From Lingula anatina (Eukaryota; Animalia; Brachiopoda): a stretch of 64,000 bases of DNA. A program made the position numbers and the translations under genes. Each line of letters opens with the position of its first letter. Positions within the stretch are counted from its first letter, which is position 1. This document shows, piece by piece, positions 25,001 to 34,919 of the stretch. The DNA lies in the NCBI GenBank assembly GCA_051362555.1, contig CM120643.1, positions 62,001-126,000 of the forward strand. The letters are read 5' to 3'. Below the pieces are notes generated by a model. The model was not told the DNA's origin, ran no database searches, and saw only the letters and a list, made by a program, of their open reading frames with translations.

Positions 25001-28000
25001 TTTTTCTCCCTGATTTTATCATACTGCTTCTGCTGTTTTTCTTCTTTGCCTCTAGCAGCAAAGGCTGCCTTCAGATCCTCCTGGAACACAACAAGTAGGA
25101 AAAGTTGTAAAAAGCTTAGTTACATTGTTGTGGGCTCTCCAAAGTTTATCATCTGAAATGTCTTCTTCACTGAAAATAACTTGTCTCTTCTACGGTCTCT
25201 CAACTGACTGTGGGGGTAATTAAATGAAATGCTGGTTCACATTTATTTTCCACTTGTTTGTGATTTGAAGAGACATAAAATGTACTTACTCTGGCATGTT
25301 TGCAGGCATTCCCATATGTAGACAGTGGGGCTATCATCTTAGTTTTATGATAGAACTTACTCTGGCATGTTTGCAGACATTCCCACATGTGGACAGAGGG
25401 GCTATCATCTTAGTTTTATGATAGAACTTACTCTGGCATGTTTGCAGACATTCCCACATGTGGACAGTGGGGCTATCATCTTAGTTTTATGATAGAACTT
25501 ACTCTGGCATGCTTGCAGACATTCCCACATGTGGACAGTGGGGCTATCATCTTAGTTTTATGATAGAACTTACTCTGGCATGCTTGCAGACATTCCCACA
25601 TGTGGACAGTGGGGCTATCATCTTAGTTTTATGATAGAACTTACTCTGGCATGCTTGCAGACATTCCCACATGTGGACAGTGGGGCTATCATCTTAGTTT
25701 TATGATAGAACTTACTCTGGCATGTTTGCAGACATTCCCATATGTGGACAGTGGGGCTATCATCTTAGTTTTATGATAGAACTTACTCTGGCATGCTTGC
25801 AGACATTCCCACATGTGGACAGTGGGGCTATCATCTTAGTTTTATGATAGAACTTACTCTGGCATGTTTGCAGACATTCCCACATGTGGACAGTGGGGCT
25901 ATCATCTTAGTTTTATGATAGAACTTACTCTGGCATGTTTGCAGACATTCCCACATGTGGACAGTGGGGCTATCATCTTAGTTTTATGATAGAACTTACT
26001 CTGGCATGTTTGCAGACATTCCCACATGTGGACAGTGGGGCTATCATCTTAGTTTTATGATAGAACTTACTCTGGCATGTTTGCAGACATTCCCATATGT
26101 GGACAGTGGGGCTATCATCTTAGTTTTATGATAGAACTTACTCTGGCATGCTTGCAGACATTCCCACATGTGGACAGTGGGGCTATCATCTTAGTTTTAT
26201 GATAGAACTTACTCTGGCATGTTTGCAGACATTCCCACATGTGGACAGTGGGGCTATCATCTTAGTTTTATGATAGAACTTACTCTGGCATGTTTGCAGA
26301 CATTCCCACATGTGGACAGTGGGGCTATCATCTTAGTTTTATGATAGAACTTACTCTGGCATGTTTGCAGACATTCCCATATGTGGACAGTGGGGCTATC
26401 ATCTTAGTTTTATGATAGAACTTACTCTGGCATGTTTGCAGACATTCCCATATGTGGACAGTGGGGCTATCATCTTAGTTTTATGATAGAACTTACTCTG
26501 GCATGTTTGCAGACATTCCCATATGTGGACAGTGGGGCTATCATCTTAGTTTTATGATAGAACTTACTCTGGCATGTTTGCAGACATTCCCACATGTGGA
26601 CAGTGGGGCTATCATCTTAGTTTTATGATAGAACTTACTCTGGCATGCTTGCAGACATTCCCACATGTGGACAGTGGGGCTATCATCTTAGTTTTATGAT
26701 AGAACTTACTCTGGCATGCTTGCAGACATTCCCACATGTGGACAGTGGGGCTATCATCTTAGTTTTATGATAGAACTTACTCTGGCATGTTTGCAGACAT
26801 TCCCACATGTGGACAGTGGGGCTATCATCTTAGTTTTATGATAGAACTTACTCTGGCATGTTTGCAGACATTCCCACATGTGGACAGTGGGGCTATCATC
26901 TTAGTTTTATGATAGAACTTACTCTGGCATGTTTGCAGGCATTCCCATATGTGGACAGTGGGGCTATCATCTTAGTTTTATGATAGAACTTACTCTGGCA
27001 TGTTTGCAGACATTCCCACATGTGGACAGTGGGGCTATCATTTTAGTTTTATGATAGAACTTACTCTGGCATGTTTGCAGACATTCTCATGTGTGGACAG
27101 TGGGGCTATCATCTTAGTTTTATGATAGAACTTACTCTGGCATGTTTGCAGACATTCCCACATGTGGACAGTGGGGCTATCATCTTAGTTTTATGATAGA
27201 ACTTACTCTGGCATGTTTGCAGACATTCCCACATGTGGACAGTGGGGCTATCATCTTAGTTTTATGATACAACTTACTCTGGCATGCTTGCAGACATTCC
27301 CACATGTGGACAGTGGGGCTATCATCTTAGTTTTATGATAGAACTTACTCTGGCATGTTTGCAGACATTCTCATGTGTGGACAGTGGGGCTATCATCTTA
27401 GTTTTATGATAGAACTTACTCTGGCATGTTTGCAGACATTCTCATGTGTGGACAGTGGGGCTATCATCTTAGTTTTATGATAGAACTTACTCTGGCATGT
27501 TTGCAGACATTCCCATATGTGGACAGTGGGGCTATCATCTTAGTTTTATGACAAAACTTACTCTGGCATGCTTGCAGGCATTCCCATATGTAGACAATGG
27601 GAATATCACCTTGGCTTCCAGTCTCTGCACCTAGAAATTACAGAGATAGTATAAGTACTGGCATGTTAATTCCCACTAAGCAAACACAACATGCAAACAC
27701 TGTATGCTTTTTGTGCACCCAAGTGTCTTAGGGACCATTCAGAATGAGAAGAGCTGAGTGCTAGCTAGGCCACGACCTAAATATGGTAGACCTACATGAA
27801 AAGAAGACCCTTTAATACTGTAATACTTTATCTGCTTTTCACACGTTTCCCCGTGCATCGTCCCTGCAGGGGGCACAGTAATTAAATCTCAGCTCAATTC
27901 AACCAGTCGAGGAACGACACGTGGGGAGCCGTGTGAGAAGCGGAGAGACCATTACAGGATTTAGCAGTCTTCCTTTTATGAAGGTCTGCCATATTTAGGT

Positions 28001-31000
28001 CGTGGCCTAGCTAACACTCAGCTCTTCTCATTCGGAATGGTCACTAAGACACTTGGGTGCACAAAAAGCATGCACCAAACAAAATGACCAGCGCATGTTA
28101 AGGAGGTTGATAGGTTATAAAGGCATATATTGAGTGAAATGTTCCTAATTTCTTATTTGTAAAATATTTATTTTAATACAAGTGCAATATATATATATAT
28201 AACACTTTAACAGCACAAACTCCGTTGTCTGTTGTTTTACTCACCACCATACAAATATCTACTCAGAGGCTGATCAAACGTTAACTGTCAATTCTGTTGC
28301 TTTGTAAACTGGGGTGAGATAATGATTAGTGTCCAAAGTAACTTGGTAACCAAGAAATATATTACTTGTATCATAAACCTGGCAAAGTATGTTGGTATGT
28401 TATGTGATCAGTGATACAGGCTTGGAATGGAGATGAAACAGGTTTTTACATCTGGCATGCCTTGGCATTAAATGGTGCTTGGGTGTTTCAGATAGTTTTG
28501 TATTGGACAGAAGAAAACAGGCCTGGTTATGGGAGTTTCAAACAATGGACTGAACAACAAACAAAAGGAGGATGTACCTGCGCATTCCTGTAATCTTGCA
28601 CTGCCGACAGGTATTCTGCAAACTGGGTCAGGCCTGTCTTGGATGTCCCATTTAAGGTGCTGTTGATAGCATAGTCCATGACACTCTTACACACCTCATC
28701 ACCTACCAAGATAGCATGCAACTTCAGCCATATATATATATAATTTTTGTCCTAGTAGATAGAGAGCATTTAAACCCCTTTCTGTTCAATAAATAATTAA
28801 AAAACAAGAGTAAAACTATGAGAAGCTTCTATGCAGTTTACTTTTAACAATTAAGTAAAAAATAAAGATAAATCAGAACTAAAAACTTGTTTTAATGACA
28901 TTATACACATATTTTTATTAAAGATGATTACAAATGACAAAGACAATAAAAACTGTGCACCTTTGTCCCGGAGTTTGGCACATTTTCTTGCATAGGCGCC
29001 AAAATGGTCACATATTTCACCAAAATACTTCTCTACCTGCCCTATCCGGTCTTGAATGAACTTGGACTGGTTTTCACTAAAATATAAAAAAAAAAAATAC
29101 ATAGTTTAATATTGCACAGCATTTACTGTAGTTTTTGTACTTCAGTTTAACAAATCTAGATTAAATTTGACACGTGTGTTGTGTTCGTGCATTTTCCTAC
29201 CTTCACCCGGTGTGCTCTCCCTGTGCGGAGAGCGCGCAATTACGGTAAGTACTGCGCACACCAGGTGGAGAGTCCAACTTCCCTGCCTGATCCCGGTGAG
29301 TACAACTCAACCAGAGCTACCGTGCAGACGTGTACGGTACCGACTACGAAAATAATCAGAATTGAGACACAATACACAGTGATCTACAATCTCACTCCGT
29401 AAGTAGAACCAGTGAATACTTTATTGGCGACGAGGCATACGTAACTTGTAATTTTGCGGGCCTAAAGCTTAGTTTTCGCTGCGATCTAGCTGAAAGTAGA
29501 TTGCGCGGGAAATTCCTTTGTCTGACATCCATTTGAATAATTGGGTGGAGCGGCGGTCAAAATTGTAGTTTCAATTTTGGATCATAAAGGTTACCGCTTC
29601 AGGAGACACTGGTATTTGTTGCGTATCAACTGTATTTTCAGTGCTTACGTGTGTGAATTGTGATATAAAGGAGACGTTGGTCTCATTCCCCTGTGTGTTG
29701 TTATCAAAGCTGAATTTTCCCCAAGACTGAGGTGCACACATAATATTTTGGTTTCTTTATTTCTTTAGTTTATTTGAAAGAATAAAATATTGACTTCAGT
29801 GTTATTGCTGATTATTCTTTTGTATTTTAGATAGGATTCTGAACAGAATTTCTGTCTAAATTCAAATTATTGCGTTGTGTGCCGAACTCTTTCTTCCCCG
29901 AATTTGAATTAACTGTACGTTTTTGGATTCTATTTATAGTGAATTTCGCTATAAGCTTGGTAGTGTATTGTGCTTTGTTAGGTGAAATTATTTTGAATCA
30001 ATTTAGTTCTCGCTTACAAATGTACAATGGCGAGTGCATCATGGTTGCCAATCAATTGTGCGACTTACGATGAGCTCGTTACGCTGCCGGGTATAGGTCC
30101 TGAACGTGCAGAAAGGATAATATATGCTAGAGAGCATGGGATCCCCGTGACCAGATCCAACATTTTGGAAATTTGTGGATCCAATACTGGATCAAATAAA
30201 ATCAAAAATCTCTCTTTTAGAGGTACTCACAGCAGTAAATTAGGATCTGAAGTCAGCATGGGTGACCTAGACCCTAGCGTATTATCCACTGAAAAAAGGC
30301 ATAACACAACTTCTAAAGTGACTTCCTACATTCAGCATGAAGGAAGAGCGGCTGCTGAGAGATATAGGGTGGAATTTGATAAAATTCTCAAACTGGGTGA
30401 AAAAATTCAACACCAAGAACAAATTTCTCGCAGTAAAAATGTAAAAAACGCTGCTAATTTTTCACCATCAACATATTCTAAATTAAAATATTGTTCAAAA
30501 TCTCATTTTCACTCAGCTATTGACCCAAAATCTTTCACATCGCAGCCAGCCACTTTAGCCTCTGAATACGACATTTTTGGTCTGCCTATTGAGAGGCTGC
30601 GTGCCAATAACAAAGATAAAAAAGTAACATCTTCTGTGCATGCAAAGTCTCCAGGCCGCGTCATGAACCCTGATACTGTTACTTCCTTGCCGAATGGTAA
30701 GGACAGTAGTCGGCACTTTGCTCCGTCTGTCCATAAGGGTGATGTGAATTGTGATCTGTATCAGTTTCATGTTCCTAAACCCGGACGGCGGCAACGACAT
30801 GTTGAGCAAAATTTTGCCGATACAGTTCAACAAAATCATGATTACCGGTCTAGTTCAATAGGAAAACATTATACGCGACCTAGAATCTCGTCTCCCGTTT
30901 TCTGTGACGAACCACTAATTTATGAAAGGGATAACAGTGAAAAAGAATACTCTCGGCTACCCAAACCAGAAAAAGTAGGTCCAAAAAGTAAAAAGGACAG

Positions 31001-34000
31001 AGTAGACCCCAGTGATTTACCTAAACAATTATCTTTTGACGGAAACAGTGACGACTGGGAGTCTTTCAGAAAAAGATATGAAAGTTATCGCCAGATAAAA
31101 GAGTGGTCAGAAAACGAGTGTCTGGACTACCTTCTGTGGTGTCTTGAAGGCGAGGCTTTGGCACTGTATAATAGCCATCTCAGAGCAAATAAAAATGTGT
31201 CGTACACATCTATAATGAAAGAAATGGACTTAGTGTTCGGGATTAAAAAACATCCCGATTCGGCTCGCCTGGCATTTCATACTGCCGTTCAATCGCAAAA
31301 AGAAACGTTAAACCAATGGCTGTGCCGCGTTTTGTTATTGGTCAGAGATGCTTATCCTGATAAATCGGAGTCTTTTAGGACAAAAGAAACAATATCAAAA
31401 TTTTGTCAAGACTGTATTGATCAGGATGCTGGGCGTTATACTAGTTTAAAGCACCCAGCAAGCATCAGCGACGCAATAACACATATGGTGGACTATCAAC
31501 ATGTTTGTAAACCCACGAATAGTCAAATACAAACAAGAAAAATACGTGAAAAAATTCAAATATGTTCTCTTAATCTTACAGCTACAGAAAATCAACAATC
31601 TCCATCTGAAAATGTTGAAAAACTAGCTAAGTCCATCATAGAGAAACGCGTCAGTCAGCAGCCAAAATTGAGCTCAATTCAATTTAATTCAATGGCTGAC
31701 TTGGAAAAAACGGTTGAACAGTTGGTCAGGAAGTCCACACCTAAAACATCAAGTGTGTGTTTCTTCTGTAAAAGAAAAGACCATTTTAAAAGAAATTGCC
31801 AGAAATATAAAGAGTTCTTAAAACGAAAAAATACTGAAAAAGAACTCGAAAAACAAGAGCGAGCTGATGACGCTGAGTCATTTAAACATAAGGTTCGAGC
31901 ATCGAGTACATGTTCAAATACACCGTCTCAAATGCATGGCACAGAAAAACCTCACCTAGTAAAACAATCATTGCAGCAAAATCAACGTAGGGGCGTCGAG
32001 TGGGAGTCTGGTCCTAGTATAGATCAAAATCCTGGGCTTTCAGGCAATTTTTCGTCCATTAAGTGGTCTCGGGTGTAGATCAGTGGAAAAGTGGACGTGG
32101 GCGCGCAGATTTCTGTAATGTCAGGGAGAGTGCATTGCGCGCATTTAAGGTTAGTCATCAGTTTTAAGTTGCCTAGACCTACTATCCCTTGCTGCAGGGA
32201 ATTGGAAATTTAGAAATACAGGTTTGCGACAAAATTTAGTAGTGAGATTAACTCTTGTACATGTAGCACCAATGACGGTTGAAAATTGAATGCATTTGCT
32301 CAGTGCAATTTGGGTTTTCTGGAAATTGGCGGAAAAAAAAAATGCTATTAAAAGACAACGGGTCCACAGATAAAACAGCACCAGTAAGTGTAGTGAAAAG
32401 AAAAGGACAGTGGTATCCCCAAAATCGGAACATGATTCCATGCGAAATCAATAAACAGATTGAAAAGTAGTCATGGAAAGAAATAAAGAGTAAAATGGGG
32501 TCACTGATTCAGAGAATGGTGCTGTACGAAAATTCCGATCAATAAAGAAAACTTCGTGTGGTATAGTCTCGGGTAGCTACGGTGGTAAACACATTTTGGA
32601 AATCTCTAAATTGGATTGGTATAAGCTTAGGGGGGGTGGATTGTAAAGTTAAAAAATAAAAAATCTGTGCCTGCATTATCAGTTACAAAGCTGATGAGAC
32701 CGATGTACCGATGTACCGGTGGGAACACCTGAAACTATTCGTAAAATCAGCTGTTTCTAGAACCGGTATCGAATCTTAAAATACGCTTGTGGGATAAAAC
32801 ATACTAGTGGAGGTTTTCATTCACCCTCCTATAACTGGTAACATCCCTATAACAAGTGTACACCCGAACCAGACTTAACTTGTGGGATTAAATTCTGCAG
32901 GGGTTTCAAGTGTTAATTCCCCTAATTTCGAGAATATCCCTAGAACAAATAACCGATTGAAAAGGACTAAATGTCACAGACTCTGAAGGTGGGTGGAAGC
33001 ACTAAGGGCCCTTCAAGTGCCCCATTCACTGGAAGACGTTTGTAAAACTAAAAATTAACACAAAACTACCGGTAGTATAACATCTTTCAAGACTCCAAAC
33101 ATCGGGAGTCCAAACTTAAATAAAACCGCTGGTGACGTTCACTTTGGGCTAGACTCTTCGGGTTGCGTGTCTCTAGTAAAACGGGAAATCCCTGAACATC
33201 TGGAAGTGATGTTTAAAGTATCTAAAGGGAATAGTGTAGAATCAAATTTAGAAGGGGTGTTTTCTAAATTGAAAGATGTTTTTAATAGAGACAATTTTGA
33301 TCTTGGTCGGTCTTAAGTCACTCAACGTGGAAATGAAGCCGGGAATGCCGAATCCCTTAAATCGCGTATGCGGTGGATGCTTGCGTGTGACATGCAGAAA
33401 GCATAGGGGGCATTGTTAACGGAATGTTAACAACCGGATTCATGCAAGGCTGACAAGAGTCTCAGTCTGTGTGGATATTAGCACCAGTGTTTAATAATAA
33501 AACGTGACGTCACGGTGAAAATTTTCCAATAGGGAAAATTAAATATATTGCTAGCAATATCCTTAAAGAATTAGACTATCACTCTGTGATGTAGTTTATT
33601 TTTGTGTTGAAAAATAACTTCAGTCTATTAGACTATCACTTTGTGATGTAGTTTATTTTTGTGTTTAAGAAAAATGGCTACAGTCTATTGAGATCAATGG
33701 ACTATAACTGTTATGTAGCTTATTTCTGTGTTAACACATGACTACAGTCCATAAGACTATCACTCTGTGATGTAGTTTATTTTGTGTTAATAAATCGCTA
33801 CAGTCTATTGTCATTAATGGACTATAACTGTTATGTAGCTTAATTTTGTGTTAACACGTGACTACAGTCTAATTTGATGAAATTTTTGAAAAACCGGGAT
33901 CTTATTTTAGCATTCCATTTTTCTTTTCATTTATTTATGAGAATTTTTGGAACGGACTATCACTATATTTTTGGTGATGTGACTGGCTGGTGAATGAACA

Positions 34001-34553
34001 GCCTATCACAGTCTGTTCTACTGTTTATTTATTTTTTGTATTTTTTTTTTCGGCGGACTATCACCTCGGTGATGTTGTTAGCACTAACAGCTAATGAAAG
34101 TCTGTACGAATATTTCAACTGGAATCCACTTTATTTTATTTATCGAAAGGAATTTTGAGTTTGTACATGGACAAACATGTATTTATAAGTAGCTCCTTTC
34201 AAATAAAAGTGGGGGGAATGTTGTGTTCGTGCATTTTCCTACCTTCACCCGGTGTGCTCTCCCTGCGCGGAGAGCGCGCAATTACGGTAAGTACTGCGCA
34301 CACCAGGTGGAGAGTCCAACTTCCCTGGTGAGTACACTCAACCAGAGCTACCGTGCAGACGTGTACGGTACCGACTACGAAAATAATCAGAATTGAGACA
34401 CAATACACAGTGATCTACAATCTCACTCCGTAAGTAGAACCAGTGAATACTTTACGTGCAATTAGAAAAAACCTGCTGCCTTATATTATAACCTATTTGA
34501 ATAATTCACTTCAATTACCTTGTTTTAATTTCAGTTGCATTCCTAGTAGTCAT
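16093..34553 (-). CDS. CIBAR1: CBY1-interacting BAR domain protein (FAM92/CIBAR family)
   Basis: Nine exons on -: 34519-34553, 28961-29076, 28578-28702, 27562-27630, 24979-25080, 23970-24080, 17642-17755, 16900-17076, 16093-16191 (stop). The translation matches FAM92 hallmarks: VEKYFGEICDHFGAYARKCAKLRDKG, VQDYRNAQVQRLEAKV, NPSDRQQISQAETELQKA, EFVQIEMLFHAKSLE, EEEDLEEFRNSL, plus an acidic tail. Confidence 0.9.
16244..16773. repeat. 27-bp minisatellite in the last CIBAR1 intron (~19 copies)
   Basis: Unit gatgttggcactgtgttagcaccatgt. Confidence 0.95.
17101..17276. repeat. 30-bp minisatellite next to the CIBAR1 exon 8 acceptor
   Basis: Unit caacattttactatagtgggtaatagttta, ~5 copies. Confidence 0.85.
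17758..18517 (-). repeat. 85-bp minisatellite (~9 copies) abutting the CIBAR1 exon 7 acceptor
   Basis: Unit gtccatggaagtaaaaacaaatcataaacttctagtctgatcactgacatgataacatatatgacatgaagggatgatacatgta; on - it duplicates the polypyrimidine tract up to the acceptor at 17756-17757. Confidence 0.95.
18647..23296. mobile_element. Helentron/HINE-like non-autonomous element, copy 2 (longer, with a ~740-bp internal tandem duplication and ~160-bp repeats)
   Basis: Same 5' start and terminal hairpin as copy 1; ~18707-19437 is duplicated at ~19446-20177; many gctgaaaaaagtgaaaaaacagcataaattccctataagtgacccgatc units. Confidence 0.75.
23558..23912. repeat. 56-bp minisatellite (~6 copies) near the CIBAR1 exon 6 donor
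   Basis: Unit aaacaacagatagtacaatgttaatatgacagaaatgggaaatgtcttcctctgct. Confidence 0.93.
24081..24978 (-). other. U12-type (minor spliceosome) GT-AG intron of CIBAR1
   Basis: On -, donor GTATCCCTT and branch site CCCTTAAC ending 11 nt before the exon, with no long polypyrimidine tract. Phase 0, between ...RQQI and SQAE... Confidence 0.75.
24239..24893. repeat. 34-bp minisatellite (~19 copies) filling the U12 intron
   Basis: Unit gacatactgtatccattaaacttaaaataataag. Confidence 0.95.
25284..27600 (-). repeat. 71-bp minisatellite (~33 copies) made of the 3' ~40 nt of CIBAR1 exon 4 plus its GTAAGT donor
   Basis: Plus-strand unit gaacttactctggcatgtttgcagacattcccacatgtggacagtggggctatcatcttagttttatgata; on - it reads ...aatgtctgcaaacatgccaga|gtaagt. 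Confidence 0.97.
27704..28071. mobile_element. Foldback MITE with ~100-bp TIRs
   Basis: atgctttttgtgcacccaagtgtcttag...ggccacgacctaaatatgg is mirrored by ccatatttaggtcgtggcc...ctaagacacttgggtgcacaaaaagcat. Confidence 0.85.
29177..29423 (+). repeat. 5' LTR
   Basis: tgttgtgttcgtgc...gtgaatacttta, direct repeat of 34219-34454. Confidence 0.93.
30027..32078 (+). CDS. gag: Gag-like polyprotein with N-terminal helix-hairpin-helix motif, capsid-like region and CCHC zinc knuckle
   Basis: 683-aa intronless ORF between the LTRs: INCATYDELVTLPGIGPERAERII (HhH), FDGNSDDWESFRKRYE...WSENECLDYLLWCLEGEA (retrotransposon Gag), CFFCKRKDHFKRNC (CX2CX4HX4C). Confidence 0.88.
   Translation: MASASWLPINCATYDELVTLPGIGPERAERIIYAREHGIPVTRSNILEICGSNTGSNKIKNLSFRGTHSSKLGSEVSMGDLDPSVLSTEKRHNTTSKVTSYIQHEGRAAAERYRVEFDKILKLGEKIQHQEQISRSKNVKNAANFSPSTYSKLKYCSKSHFHSAIDPKSFTSQPATLASEYDIFGLPIERLRANNKDKKVTSSVHAKSPGRVMNPDTVTSLPNGKDSSRHFAPSVHKGDVNCDLYQFHVPKPGRRQRHVEQNFADTVQQNHDYRSSSIGKHYTRPRISSPVFCDEPLIYERDNSEKEYSRLPKPEKVGPKSKKDRVDPSDLPKQLSFDGNSDDWESFRKRYESYRQIKEWSENECLDYLLWCLEGEALALYNSHLRANKNVSYTSIMKEMDLVFGIKKHPDSARLAFHTAVQSQKETLNQWLCRVLLLVRDAYPDKSESFRTKETISKFCQDCIDQDAGRYTSLKHPASISDAITHMVDYQHVCKPTNSQIQTRKIREKIQICSLNLTATENQQSPSENVEKLAKSIIEKRVSQQPKLSSIQFNSMADLEKTVEQLVRKSTPKTSSVCFFCKRKDHFKRNCQKYKEFLKRKNTEKELEKQERADDAESFKHKVRASSTCSNTPSQMHGTEKPHLVKQSLQQNQRRGVEWESGPSIDQNPGLSGNFSSIKWSRV
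32079..33530 (+). pseudogene. Decayed pol remnant (protease motif and region preceding RT)
   Basis: In frame after the gag TAG: KVDVGAQISVMS (degenerate DTGA). Near 33188: IPEHLEVMF...KLKDVFNRDNFDLGRS*, resembling the Gypsy pre-RT segment. Many stops; I could not recognise RT core, RNase H or integrase. Confidence 0.65.
33572..34106 (+). repeat. Seven structured (Y-shaped) repeats in the retroelement 3' UTR
   Basis: Units of the form GACT-ATCAC-loop-GTGAT-GTAG...CTAC-AGTC at ~33572, 33629, 33698, 33755, 33818, 33953, 34053. Confidence 0.7.
34219..34454 (+). repeat. 3' LTR
   Basis: Direct repeat of the 5' LTR, preceded by a polypurine tract and followed by the TSD. Confidence 0.93.
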
Positions 34554-34919
34554 GTTTTGTCTTCAGTTCAGATATTTTGACGTCTTTTCATCAGATGAAA
34601 AAATAGCGTATTATTTTCAAATCAAATTCTGGTCTCTATTCGCTAAAGAGCTCGACATCATGGTTAGTTCCCTGGACCGAAGTGGCATTAAATGTGTTTT
34701 ATTTTCACCAATATTCATTCATAATACTTGTAAAAGCCATTAAATTTTATTTTCATTTTGAGCATATGATAAAAAAATGCTTAAATCCCTACAGGGTCAA
34801 AATCGCAATGATTTTAGTGAATAACTTTGTAATTGATATTGGAACTCAGCAGATAAACTATTGACCTATTTATTGATGGTATTTAGGTCACAGTTGAGAG
34901 GCATACATTTGGCTGCAGA
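34554..34919. promoter_or_regulatory. Bidirectional promoter/5' UTR region shared by CIBAR1 and cyclophilin B
   Basis: Divergent start codons at 34553 (-) and 34920 (+), only 366 bp apart. Confidence 0.65.

Larger units (their letters stand above)
29177..34454 (+). mobile_element. Non-autonomous Ty3/Gypsy-type LTR retrotransposon (intact gag, decayed pol) in CIBAR1 intron 1
   Basis: LTRs at 29177-29423 and 34219-34454 are nearly identical (about one or two substitutions and 11 nt of indel). TSD is cgtg (or acgtg). PBS tggcgacgagg at 29425 is complementary to the tRNA-Ser(GCU) 3' end. PPT aaaagtggggggaa precedes the 3' LTR. Confidence 0.93.

Noticed and set aside
25284-27600. CRISPR-like appearance of the regular arrays here and elsewhere
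   Set aside because: No unique spacers, no cas genes, and a eukaryotic intronic context.
32688-32740. Hammerhead ribozyme (CTGATGA...GAAAC)
   Set aside because: The bases after CTGATGA do not pair with those preceding GAAA, so stem II cannot form.
34660-34682. RFX X-box upstream of the ciliary gene CIBAR1
   Set aside because: gttccctggacc is only a partial match to GTTNCCATGGNAAC.
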